A stretch of 64,000 nt of DNA from an uncultured Gammaproteobacteria bacterium (lineage in GTDB: Bacteria; Pseudomonadota; Gammaproteobacteria; Steroidobacterales; Steroidobacteraceae): assembly GCA_963844595.1 (NCBI GenBank), contig CAWJOW010000004.1, forward strand, positions 480,157-544,156. The letters run 5' to 3'. The notes beneath the pieces were generated by a model that worked only from the letters and a program-made list of their open reading frames with translations, searched no databases and had not been told where the DNA came from. The translations under genes and the position numbers were made by a program. Positions 51,696 to 59,492 of the stretch are shown here, in pieces; the first letter of the stretch is position 1; the number at the start of each line of letters is the position of its first letter.

Positions 51696-51818
51696 TTGGG
51701 CCGGGCCACGGCAAGAGGGGGAAGGGCGCATAAATTATCGGGTACATCACAGCGGATAATGTCGTAATGCACTGAAATATATTAATAAAAATGATTAGAC
51801 AAAATGTGGTCCCGAATC

Positions 51819-51847
51819 TTGACGACTTTATGAACGCTCATTAGGCT
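51819..51847 (+). promoter_or_regulatory. candidate sigma-70 promoter for nrdJab
   Basis: TTGACG-17 nt-TAGGCT sits at the end of an AT-rich stretch, immediately upstream of the palindromic box. Confidence 0.35.
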
Positions 51848-51857
51848 CTTGACCCCG

Positions 51858-51873
51858 ACACAAGATCTTGTGT
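51858..51873. promoter_or_regulatory. perfect 16-bp palindrome ACACAAGATCTTGTGT, NrdR-box-like operator
   Basis: The ACAC....GTGT arms match the NrdR box consensus. The position just downstream of the candidate -10 suits a repressor. It is upstream of a ribonucleotide reductase operon. Confidence 0.5.
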
Positions 51874-52063
51874 TCGCGCACAGCGATCTAAGGTCCGCAG
51901 TCGGGGGGAGGTTTCAGGGTTCCTGCACTGTCGAAGCGGAGAAACGACAGGCAGGCAAACCGGCCAGGCTCGCGGCTCCTTTGAGCGCCCGCATCAGGCT
52001 GGCATTCCCTGGAATCCGTTCAACTCAGGCGTCGAAAGAACGTAGTTGGAGCGCCGCGGATTC

Positions 52064-54211
52064 ATGAACACCGCCGTGAAAATCGACCCCAAGGACATCG
52101 ATGCCATTCCTTTCCAGGAAGCGTCGCTCGATATCTGGGACAAGAAGTATCGGCTGACCGCGAAGGACGGTACGCCCCTCGACAAGACGATGGACGATAC
52201 CTACAAGCGCGTCGCGCGGGCGCTCGCCGACGTCGAGCACGAGGACGTGCGCGAGCAGTGGTACGAGAGATTTCTGTGGGCGTTGCGCCGCGGTGCCATC
52301 CCCGCGGGGCGCGTGACTTCGAATGCGGGCGCGCTCGAGCACAAGCCCGCGACCTCGACGATCAACTGCACCGTGTCGGGCACGATCCACGACTCGATGG
52401 ACGACATCCTGAAGAAGGTCCACGAAGCGGGACTGACGCTCAAGGCCGGCTGCGGCATCGGTTATGAGCACTCGACGCTGCGGCCGCGCGGGGCGTACGT
52501 GTCAGGCGCGGGTGCCTACACCTCGGGCCCGCTGTCCTTCATGGATATTTTCGACAAGATGTGCTTCACCGTGTCGTCCGCCGGCGGCCGCCGCGGCGCA
52601 CAGATGGGCACCTTCGATGTCGGCCATCCGGATGTCATGGAGTTCATCCGCGCCAAGCGCGAGAACGGCCGGCTGCGGCAGTTCAACCTGTCGCTGCTGA
52701 TCACCGACGAGTTCATGCGCGCGGTGCGCGAGGACCGTGAGTGGCAGCTCGCTTTCCCGCTGACGCAGCGCGAATACGCGGCGGACAAGCCCGATCTGGC
52801 CGACCCGAAGAAGTTCGTGTGGCGCGAGTGGCCGGTGCACGAAGGCTACGTCGTGAACGACGAGGGCCTGGTCGCCTGCAAGATCTACAAGACGCTGCCG
52901 GCGCGGCGCATGTGGGACGTGATCATGACGTCGACATACGACTTCGCCGAGCCGGGGTTCATCCTCATCGACCGCGTCAACGAGATGAACAACAACTGGT
53001 GGTGCGAGAATATCCGCGCCACTAACCCATGCGGCGAGCAGCCGCTTCCGCCCTACGGCTCCTGCCTGCTGGGCTCGGTGAACCTGACGCGCTTCGTGCG
53101 CCATCCGTTCACCGATTTCGCGGAATTCGACTGGAACGAGTACCGCGAGGTCGTGAAGGTCTTCACGCGCATGCTCGACAACGTGGTCGAGGTGAACGGG
53201 CTGCCGCTCGCGAAGCAGCGCGAGGAGATCCTGCGCAAGCGCCGCCACGGCATGGGCTTCCTCGGACTCGGCAGCACCATGACGCTGCTGCGCATGAAGT
53301 ACGGCTCGGCCGAGGCGGTGCAGTTCACCGAGGACGTGGCGCGCGAGATGGCGATCTCGGGCTGGCAGGCGGCGCTCGAGCTGGCGCGCGAGAAGGGGCC
53401 GGCGCCGATCATGAACGAGGAGTTCACGGTCACGAAGGAAATGCTGCGCAAGCGCCCGGAGATGGCGCGCGACGGCTGGAAGCCGGGCGCGAAGATCGCC
53501 GGGCGCCTGCTGCATGCGAAGTACAGCCGCTACATGCAGCGCATCGCGCAGGTGGCGCCGGAACTGGTGCACGAGCTCGCCGAGAGCGGCGCCCGCTTCA
53601 CTCACCACACCTCGATCGCGCCCACGGGCACCATCTCGCTGTCGCTTGCCAACAATGCGTCGAATGGCATCGAGCCGTCGTTCGCGCATCACTATTTCAG
53701 GAACGTGATCCGGCCAGGGAAGAAGTCCAAGGAGAAAGTCGGCGTCTATTCCTTCGAGCTGCTCGCTTACCGCGAGCTGGTCAATCCCAACGCCCAGCCT
53801 GGAGCCACCACCGATGCTGAGAGACTGCCCGAGTATTTCATTGCATCCGATGACGTCACCCCCAAGGAGCATGTCGAAGTGCAGGCTGCGGCCCAGAAGT
53901 GGGTCGATTCATCGATTTCTAAGACGGCGAACGTGCCTACGGATTTCCCCTACGAGAAGTTCAAGGACATCTATCTGTATGCGCACGAGCAGGGACTGAA
54001 GGGCTGCACCACGTTCCGCTTCAATCCGGAGGCCTTCCAGGGCGTGCTGGTCAAGGAGCAGGACCTGAAGAACACGGTCTACAAGTTCACGCTGGAGGAC
54101 GGCTCGGTGGTCGAGGCGCGCGGCGACGAGGAGATCGACTACGACGGCGAGCTGCACACCGCCGCGAATCTCTACGACAGTTTGAAAGAGGGTTACTTCG
54201 GCAGGTACTGA
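52064..54211 (+). CDS. nrdJ: adenosylcobalamin-dependent (class II) ribonucleotide reductase, large N-terminal piece (NrdJa)
   Basis: WDKKYRL......P.D....DT..RVA.AL, NCTVSG.I.DSMD.I, LK.G.G.GY..S.LRP.GA.V.G.G..SGPLSFM and NPCGEQPLPPYGSCLLGS.NL are class II RNR motifs. The protein stops before the C-terminal Cys pair, which is carried by the next ORF. Confidence 0.9.
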   Translation: MNTAVKIDPKDIDAIPFQEASLDIWDKKYRLTAKDGTPLDKTMDDTYKRVARALADVEHEDVREQWYERFLWALRRGAIPAGRVTSNAGALEHKPATSTINCTVSGTIHDSMDDILKKVHEAGLTLKAGCGIGYEHSTLRPRGAYVSGAGAYTSGPLSFMDIFDKMCFTVSSAGGRRGAQMGTFDVGHPDVMEFIRAKRENGRLRQFNLSLLITDEFMRAVREDREWQLAFPLTQREYAADKPDLADPKKFVWREWPVHEGYVVNDEGLVACKIYKTLPARRMWDVIMTSTYDFAEPGFILIDRVNEMNNNWWCENIRATNPCGEQPLPPYGSCLLGSVNLTRFVRHPFTDFAEFDWNEYREVVKVFTRMLDNVVEVNGLPLAKQREEILRKRRHGMGFLGLGSTMTLLRMKYGSAEAVQFTEDVAREMAISGWQAALELAREKGPAPIMNEEFTVTKEMLRKRPEMARDGWKPGAKIAGRLLHAKYSRYMQRIAQVAPELVHELAESGARFTHHTSIAPTGTISLSLANNASNGIEPSFAHHYFRNVIRPGKKSKEKVGVYSFELLAYRELVNPNAQPGATTDAERLPEYFIASDDVTPKEHVEVQAAAQKWVDSSISKTANVPTDFPYEKFKDIYLYAHEQGLKGCTTFRFNPEAFQGVLVKEQDLKNTVYKFTLEDGSVVEARGDEEIDYDGELHTAANLYDSLKEGYFGRY

Positions 54212-54228
54212 GACCTTAAGGCAGCGTC

Positions 54229-55011
54229 ATGAGCATCAAGATCGAACGCAAGATCGTCAAATACTCCGTGCAGAAACCGGAGGACAAGCCGGCCGTAAAG
54301 CCGGCGGAAGCGAAGGCCGCCGACACGCCGCCGGCCGAGGCGCGCGCCGCCGCGGCGTTCCAGGCCGTGGCGGGCGAGTCCGTGCTGGTGCGCGACAAGC
54401 ACGGCCGCACCGCCAAAGTCATCCGCATGCACGAGAAGGTCGAGCGTCCGGAAGTGCTGATCGGCTCGACCTACAAGATCAAGACGCCGATCTCGGATCA
54501 CGCGATGTACGTCACCATCAACGACATCGTGCTGAACGAGGGCACCGAGTACGAGCAGCGCCGGCCGTTCGAGATCTTCATCAACTCGAAGAATCTCGAT
54601 CACTTCCAGTGGATCGTGGCGCTGACGCGCATCATCTCCGCGGTCTTCAGGAAGGGCGGCGACGTCACTTTCCTGGTGGACGAGCTCAAAGCGGTGTTCG
54701 ATCCGCGCGGCGGCTACTGGCAGCCGGGCGGCAAGTTCATGCCCTCGATCATCGCCGAGCTCGGCTACGTGATCGAGAAACACCTGCAGGCCATCGGCCT
54801 GATCAGAAAGCAGCAGCTCGACAGCCACCAGCAGAAGCTGGTGGACGAGAAGCGCGCCGAATACGAGGCGCGCGCGAAGCAGACGGACGCCTTCGCCAAG
54901 ACGCACTTCCCGGAAGGCGCGCAGCTCTGCGGGCGCTGCAGCACCGCAGCGGTGGTGATGATGGACGGCTGCATGACCTGCCTGAACTGCGGCGATTCGA
55001 AGTGTGGCTGA
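54229..55011 (+). CDS. class II ribonucleotide reductase C-terminal piece (NrdJb)
   Basis: RPEVLIGSTYKIKTP...HAMYVTINDIVLN..T.......PFEIFINSKN..HFQWIVALTRIIS.VFR.GGD..FLV.ELK.VFDP.GGY is present, with a C-terminal Cys cluster CGRCSTAAVVMMDGCMTCLNCGDSKCG. The split arrangement is as recalled for Pseudomonas aeruginosa nrdJa/nrdJb. Confidence 0.85.
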   Translation: MSIKIERKIVKYSVQKPEDKPAVKPAEAKAADTPPAEARAAAAFQAVAGESVLVRDKHGRTAKVIRMHEKVERPEVLIGSTYKIKTPISDHAMYVTINDIVLNEGTEYEQRRPFEIFINSKNLDHFQWIVALTRIISAVFRKGGDVTFLVDELKAVFDPRGGYWQPGGKFMPSIIAELGYVIEKHLQAIGLIRKQQLDSHQQKLVDEKRAEYEARAKQTDAFAKTHFPEGAQLCGRCSTAAVVMMDGCMTCLNCGDSKCG

Positions 55012-55057
55012 GTAAAGACGAGCAACGCGAACTGACGGACTTTGAGAGCGTTCTCAC

Positions 55058-55091
55058 GAGGCAGCCGCCCGGCTGCCTCGCTTTCTTTGCC
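55058..55091 (+). terminator. rho-independent terminator after nrdJb
   Basis: GAGGCAGCC-gccc-GGCTGCCTC is followed by GCTTTCTTTGCC. Confidence 0.6.
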
Positions 55092-55101
55092 GGTGCGAGC
55101 C

Positions 55102-56139
55102 TCAATCGAGCGTGGATGCGAGCTCGACGCTCCGCGGCGCGGCCAGTCCGCCGAACTCCCGGTCGACCGCCTCGAGTCGCCGGCGCGCCTCCGGGCGCTC
55201 GCCGCGGGCAGCGAGCACCTGCACTGCGTCCAGTTGTTGCGTGAGGCGGCGGTCGGTGCCCGCGCGGCATGCAGCGAGCTTCGCCGGATTCTGCGCTGCC
55301 GGCGCCCCGAGTGCCTCGAGTGCGCGCGCCAGCGCGGCGCCGCTCGCCGCTTCGTGGGTGGTCCAGGGCGTGATCCGCTGCACGACACTGAACACACACC
55401 ACCGGCGCATCGACTCGAGGCTCGCCGCGTCCATGCTGAGGTGCAGCGTATCGCGCTCGCCGGTCACGTAGACGAGGCGGCTGCTTTCCTGGAAGCGCAG
55501 GAACAGCTCCCGCGGCGGCAGCGCCGGCTCCCCCGACCCGATGGGGTCGCTGCCGGCATTGAGCAGCGCGCCGCGGAACAGGTCCGGGTAGCCGAGCGCA
55601 AGCCGCAGCGCGATGCGCGACCCACCCGAGAATCCGCCGACGAACACCCGCGCCGGGTCCACTTTGAAGCGCTGCATGACGTTGTAGGCGGCCAGCAGCG
55701 CCAGTGCCTCGCGGCGCCCGTCCGCCGCGTCGTTACCCGAGCGCGCGGCGCTCACGAAGATCATCCCGGCGCGATCCAGCCCGTCGCGCCAGCCCTCGGG
55801 GAGCCGCGCGTCATCCCAGGGCGATACGAAGACCAGAAGTCCGTAGCCCGCCGCGGGCGAGCCGGGCGGCACCTCGAGCGCGAATTTCTCGGCGGCGAGG
55901 TCGACCGGACGCCCCGAGAGCGAAGCTCCGGCCGCCGCCAGGCGCCGCTGCAGCTCGACGTCAGCCAACGGCGTCAGCATGCGGCGCGCGAGCTCGGCGT
56001 TGCCGGCGAGCGGGGTGTAAGCGCTGAACACGACCTCCCGCGGACCCGGGGCGCCCGCAGTCTGTCCGGTCGCGACGCCGAGCCAGGCGCCTGCCGCAAG
56101 GATTGCCGGCACACCGCACAAAAGCCGTTTGGACAGCAT
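55102..56139 (-). CDS. secreted alpha/beta-hydrolase-like protein (esterase-type GFSGG motif)
   Basis: The signal peptide is MLSKRLLCGVPAILAAGAWLGVATG. LLVFVSPWD and the nucleophile-elbow-like VGGFSGGSRIAL are present. The start was set at the ATG at 56139, which has no clear SD. Confidence 0.55.
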   Translation of the reverse strand: MLSKRLLCGVPAILAAGAWLGVATGQTAGAPGPREVVFSAYTPLAGNAELARRMLTPLADVELQRRLAAAGASLSGRPVDLAAEKFALEVPPGSPAAGYGLLVFVSPWDDARLPEGWRDGLDRAGMIFVSAARSGNDAADGRREALALLAAYNVMQRFKVDPARVFVGGFSGGSRIALRLALGYPDLFRGALLNAGSDPIGSGEPALPPRELFLRFQESSRLVYVTGERDTLHLSMDAASLESMRRWCVFSVVQRITPWTTHEAASGAALARALEALGAPAAQNPAKLAACRAGTDRRLTQQLDAVQVLAARGERPEARRRLEAVDREFGGLAAPRSVELASTLD

Positions 56140-56207
56140 GAGGGACGATTGTGCCACTTGCCCGCGGAGGTCAATTCGCTGACGATCGAAGCTTCGCGGC
56201 AGCCGCC

Positions 56208-56237
56208 AATAAAAAAAGACCCCGCGTGTGCGGGGTC
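56208..56237 (-). terminator. orphan rho-independent terminator (minus strand)
   Basis: On the minus strand GACCCCGC-acac-GCGGGGTC is followed by TTTTTTTATT. No annotated minus-strand CDS lies upstream of it; the next gene to the right is on the plus strand. Confidence 0.7.
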
Positions 56238-56386
56238 GGTCGCTTGCTTGTGTGGAGGAGCGTCTTCTCTTTGTTATCCGGTTATCGTGCGGTATCCGAC
56301 GAAGCTCCCGACCTGGTCGGATCCGCACTGTTTTTCGGTGTTCCCGCTGGCGTTGTCTGTTCCCTCGCGGCGCGTGCCGCAGCTGC
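56211..56386 (-). ncRNA. candidate sigma-54-dependent small RNA (about 175 nt)
   Basis: It is bounded by a near-consensus -24/-12 promoter and the orphan terminator. Predicted hairpins are GCGGC-acgc-GCCGC and a 13-bp stem GUGCGGAUCCGAC...GUCGGAUaCCGCAC. An apparently unpaired GCUCCUCCACAC (anti-SD-like) lies just before the terminator. The small ORFs here have implausible composition. Confidence 0.35.
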
Positions 56387-56396
56387 CTGAGATATG

Positions 56397-56412
56397 AGCA
56401 ACCCGCATGCCA
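56397..56412 (-). promoter_or_regulatory. sigma-54 (RpoN) -24/-12 promoter candidate
   Basis: The minus strand reads TGGCATGCGGGTTGCT, against the consensus TGGCAC-N5-TTGCW. The GG and GC are correctly spaced. Confidence 0.45.
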
Positions 56413-56669
56413 ACCGCCGTGCGCACGCGTCGGATGCGACATCTTGTCGATGACGGTGCACGTAAGTGTGATGCAGCGCACATTGCAGACGCCGCGCGGC
56501 GGCGCCGACGGCGCCGATCACGGGCCCGGGATCACTGCAATCCGCGCGTCGGGAGGTCCGATGTCAAGATATCCGACGCAATGGGCCGGAACTCCGTCAC
56601 GCACCGGGAGGGTCTCTGGCATACAAGTGTTTGAGCCTGAATGAGAAACCAGGGTATCGAGGGGTGTAA

Positions 56670-58766
56670 ATGAAGCCGACACCCCTGGTGGCGAGGCGCC
56701 TCGCTCCGCTGCATCTGCTGGTGCTGCTCGCCGGTGCCCTGTGGCTGTTCACGGGCGCGAGCTCATTCGCCGCCGACAATCCGATGCCCCTGCCGCCGGA
56801 GCTCGAGCCCGACGTGCAGTTCTGGATCCGTGTTTACACGCAGATCGACAGCAACTCAGGCTACCTGCACGACCAGTACAACCTGCGCGTCGTGTACGAC
56901 ACGCTGCACTTTTCGCCGGATTCGTCGCCCGCCGAACGGCAGCGCCAGGTCGACGCCGCGCGCGATCGCTACAGCGCCGCGCTCCGCAGGATCGCCGATG
57001 CCGGCTCGGCCCCGCTTTCGCCGCAGGACCAGCCTGTCCGCGATCTGTGGGGCGACGGCGCCACACCCGCGCGGCTGCGCGAGGCGGTCGATGACATCCG
57101 CTTCCAGCTCGGTCAGTCGGACCGCTTCCGCGCGGGGCTGATCCGCTCGGGCGCCTGGGAGACGCACATCGAGGAGGTGCTCGCCAATCTCGGGCTGCCC
57201 GCGGAGCTCGCGGTGCTGCCGCACGTCGAGTCCTCGTTCAACCCGTTCGCCCGCTCCAAGGTCGGCGCGGCGGGTCTGTGGCAGTTCATGCGCTCCACCG
57301 GCCGGCGCTACATGCGCATCGACAGTTCAGTCGACGACCGCCTCGATCCGTTCCTCTCCACCGAAGCGGCGGCGCAGCTGCTCGCCTACAACTACCGGGT
57401 GCTCGGCACCTGGCCGCTGGCGCTGACCGCCTACAACCATGGCAGCGCCGGCGTGCTGCGCGCCAAGGAGCAGCTCGGCACGGACGACATCGTGCGCATT
57501 GTGCGCAACTACACCAGCCGCACGTTCGGGTTCGCGTCGCGCAATTTCTACGTCTCGTTCCTCGCCGCGCTCGAGATCGATCGCAATCCGGAGAAGTACT
57601 TCGGACCCCTGCAGCGCGAGAGCGAAGCGAAGTTCCAGGAAGTGAGCGTGCCGGGCTATGTGTCGATCAAGTCTCTCGAGCAGGCCCTCGACGTCGACCC
57701 GGCGAAGCTCCGCGCTCTGAATCCCGCGCTGCTGCGCCCGGTGTGGGAGGGACGGCTGCGGGTGCCGCGCGCCTACCGGCTGCGCCTGCCGGACGGCGGC
57801 CAGCACTGGACCACCGAGCTCCTGGCGCAGCGGCTCAAGCCCGCGGAGCTCTTCGCCGGCCAGCCGACGCCGCCGCACTACCGCGTACAGCGCGGCGACA
57901 CCCTGGAGCTGCTTGCCGAGCACTTCGGCGTGCCGATCGAGCAGCTCGCGCGCCTCAACGGCCTGCGCACCAGCGCGCGGCTGCGGCCCGGCCGCTCGCT
58001 CGTGCTGCCCGAGACCGCACCGGTCACGCTCGCAGCGAACCCCGCGCCGGCGCCGGGGGCGAGCTTGCCGGAGACCGCCGCACCGCCGGTACGCATTGCC
58101 ACCACTGGCGGGCGCGCCCTGGCCGCCGCGCCACTTGCAGGGGCCGTGACGCCCGAGGAGGCGCAGCGCGAGAGCGCCGAGGATGCCGCTGCCGCCGAGG
58201 CGACCGGGGAGATCGTGACGGTGACCGCCTCGCGGCACGGCGCGGCGGGCCCCCAGCCGGTGTCGGCCGCACAGGCGGAGGCGCTCGCCCCGGGAGTGGG
58301 ACCTGCGGTCGAAACACAGCAGAGCGCCGATCCGACCGACTACAGCGTCGCACACGATGACACGATCCGGGTTGCGACCGACGAGACACTCGGCCACTAC
58401 GCCGACTGGCTGGGAGTGAGCGCGGCGCGGCTGCGTGCGCTCAATCACATGAGCTTCCGCAAGCCGGTGCTGGTTGGCCACCGCATCGGGCTGGATTTCC
58501 GCAACGTGCCGCGCGAGACCTTCGAGCAGCGCCGCAGGAACTATCACCGCGAGCTGCAGGCGAGCTACTTCGCCGCTCACCGCATCGTCGGCACCGAGGT
58601 GTATATCGCGCGCAGCGGCGATTCGCTCTGGACGCTCACGCAGCACACCGCCGCGCTCCCCGAGTGGCTGCTGCAGCAGTACAACCCGGACATCGACTTC
58701 GCCTCGCTCCACCCCGGAACGCAGATCGTGATTCCGCGCGTCGCCGAGGTGAGCGGCGGTGGCTGA
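56670..58766 (+). CDS. MltD-like membrane-bound lytic murein transglycosylase with SLT domain and three LysM domains
   Basis: It has a signal peptide. The SLT catalytic region is LPHVESSFNPFARSKVGAAGLWQFM....R.Y......D.R.DP..ST.AAA..L (catalytic Glu in VES). LysM repeats are present (YRVQRGDTLELLAEHFGV...LNGL; YIARSGDSLWTLTQ...). Confidence 0.85.
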   Translation: MKPTPLVARRLAPLHLLVLLAGALWLFTGASSFAADNPMPLPPELEPDVQFWIRVYTQIDSNSGYLHDQYNLRVVYDTLHFSPDSSPAERQRQVDAARDRYSAALRRIADAGSAPLSPQDQPVRDLWGDGATPARLREAVDDIRFQLGQSDRFRAGLIRSGAWETHIEEVLANLGLPAELAVLPHVESSFNPFARSKVGAAGLWQFMRSTGRRYMRIDSSVDDRLDPFLSTEAAAQLLAYNYRVLGTWPLALTAYNHGSAGVLRAKEQLGTDDIVRIVRNYTSRTFGFASRNFYVSFLAALEIDRNPEKYFGPLQRESEAKFQEVSVPGYVSIKSLEQALDVDPAKLRALNPALLRPVWEGRLRVPRAYRLRLPDGGQHWTTELLAQRLKPAELFAGQPTPPHYRVQRGDTLELLAEHFGVPIEQLARLNGLRTSARLRPGRSLVLPETAPVTLAANPAPAPGASLPETAAPPVRIATTGGRALAAAPLAGAVTPEEAQRESAEDAAAAEATGEIVTVTASRHGAAGPQPVSAAQAEALAPGVGPAVETQQSADPTDYSVAHDDTIRVATDETLGHYADWLGVSAARLRALNHMSFRKPVLVGHRIGLDFRNVPRETFEQRRRNYHRELQASYFAAHRIVGTEVYIARSGDSLWTLTQHTAALPEWLLQQYNPDIDFASLHPGTQIVIPRVAEVSGGG

Positions 58767-58849
58767 GGCGCTGTGATGTGCGTACCTGCGCGCGGCGTGC
58801 GGCTGTGTCTATAATCCTCGCGCCGCTTGCGCCGACGAACGCGAAACGT

Positions 58850-59428
58850 ATGACATTCAGGACCTTGGCCACGCTGCTGGTGCTCGCCTGCAGGGCGGCG
58901 GCTGCCCACGCCGACGCGATGCCGCAGGCGCCGCCGCAAGCCCAGGCTCTGGCGCAGCCGGCCGTGCCGCAGCCGACCATGTTCGCGACCGGCAGCTCCC
59001 TGCCGGTGGTCGATCGCGTAGTGGTGAAGAAGTCCGAGCGGCGGCTCTATCTCATGGGCGGCGGCAACATCGTACGTTCCTACCACGTGTCGCTGGGCCT
59101 CAACCCGATCGGTCAGAAGGAGCGCTCCGGCGATTTCCGCACTCCCGAGGGCAGCTACCGGCTCGAGCAGCGCAACGAGCGCAGTGATTACTTCCTCTCG
59201 ATCAAGGTGTCGTATCCCAACGAGACCGACCTGAGACGCGCGCGCACGCATCGCTGGGACAGCGGCGGCTCGATCATGATTCACGGCGAGCCCAACTTCC
59301 TGAAACACGACCCGGACTACTATCTGCACAACGACTGGACCGACGGCTGCATCGCGGTCTCGAACGCCGACATGCTCGAGATCTGGATGCTGGTCCCCGA
59401 CGGCGTGCCGATCGACATCCTGCCGTGA
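58850..59428 (+). CDS. L,D-transpeptidase (YkuD) family protein, YafK-like
   Basis: A signal peptide is followed by V.KS.R.L.L.......Y.V.LG..P.G.K...GD..TPEG.Y........S.Y..S...SYPN..D and the catalytic IMIHG......DWTDGCIAVSN motif (His...Cys). Confidence 0.8.
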   Translation: MTFRTLATLLVLACRAAAAHADAMPQAPPQAQALAQPAVPQPTMFATGSSLPVVDRVVVKKSERRLYLMGGGNIVRSYHVSLGLNPIGQKERSGDFRTPEGSYRLEQRNERSDYFLSIKVSYPNETDLRRARTHRWDSGGSIMIHGEPNFLKHDPDYYLHNDWTDGCIAVSNADMLEIWMLVPDGVPIDILP

Positions 59429-59492
59429 GGCGGATGCCGCGCCGACCGGCCGGATCCGCGCCGCACTGTTCCCTGAACCCGTCTATTCCCCG

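Noticed and set aside
51874-52063. Possible cobalamin riboswitch in the nrdJ leader (GCACTGT resembles the GCCACTG B12 box)
   Set aside because: The other conserved B12-riboswitch elements I remember (GGTGCC..., AGCCAGGAGACCTGCC-type box, GGGAA/CGGTG core) are absent. A B12-dependent enzyme is not the expected target of B12 repression.
56240-56670. tmRNA, RNase P RNA, SRP RNA, 6S RNA or a Csr/Rsm-type GGA-repeat sRNA in the 530-bp gap
   Set aside because: There is no tRNA-like T-arm/ACCA end or tag ORF (tmRNA). There is no GAGGAAAGTCCGGGC or ACAGAACCCGGCTTA (RNase P), and no GGAAGGAAGCAGCC (SRP). The total GGA count (about 10) is close to the composition expectation, and the motifs are CGGAU inside stems rather than ANGGA in loops.
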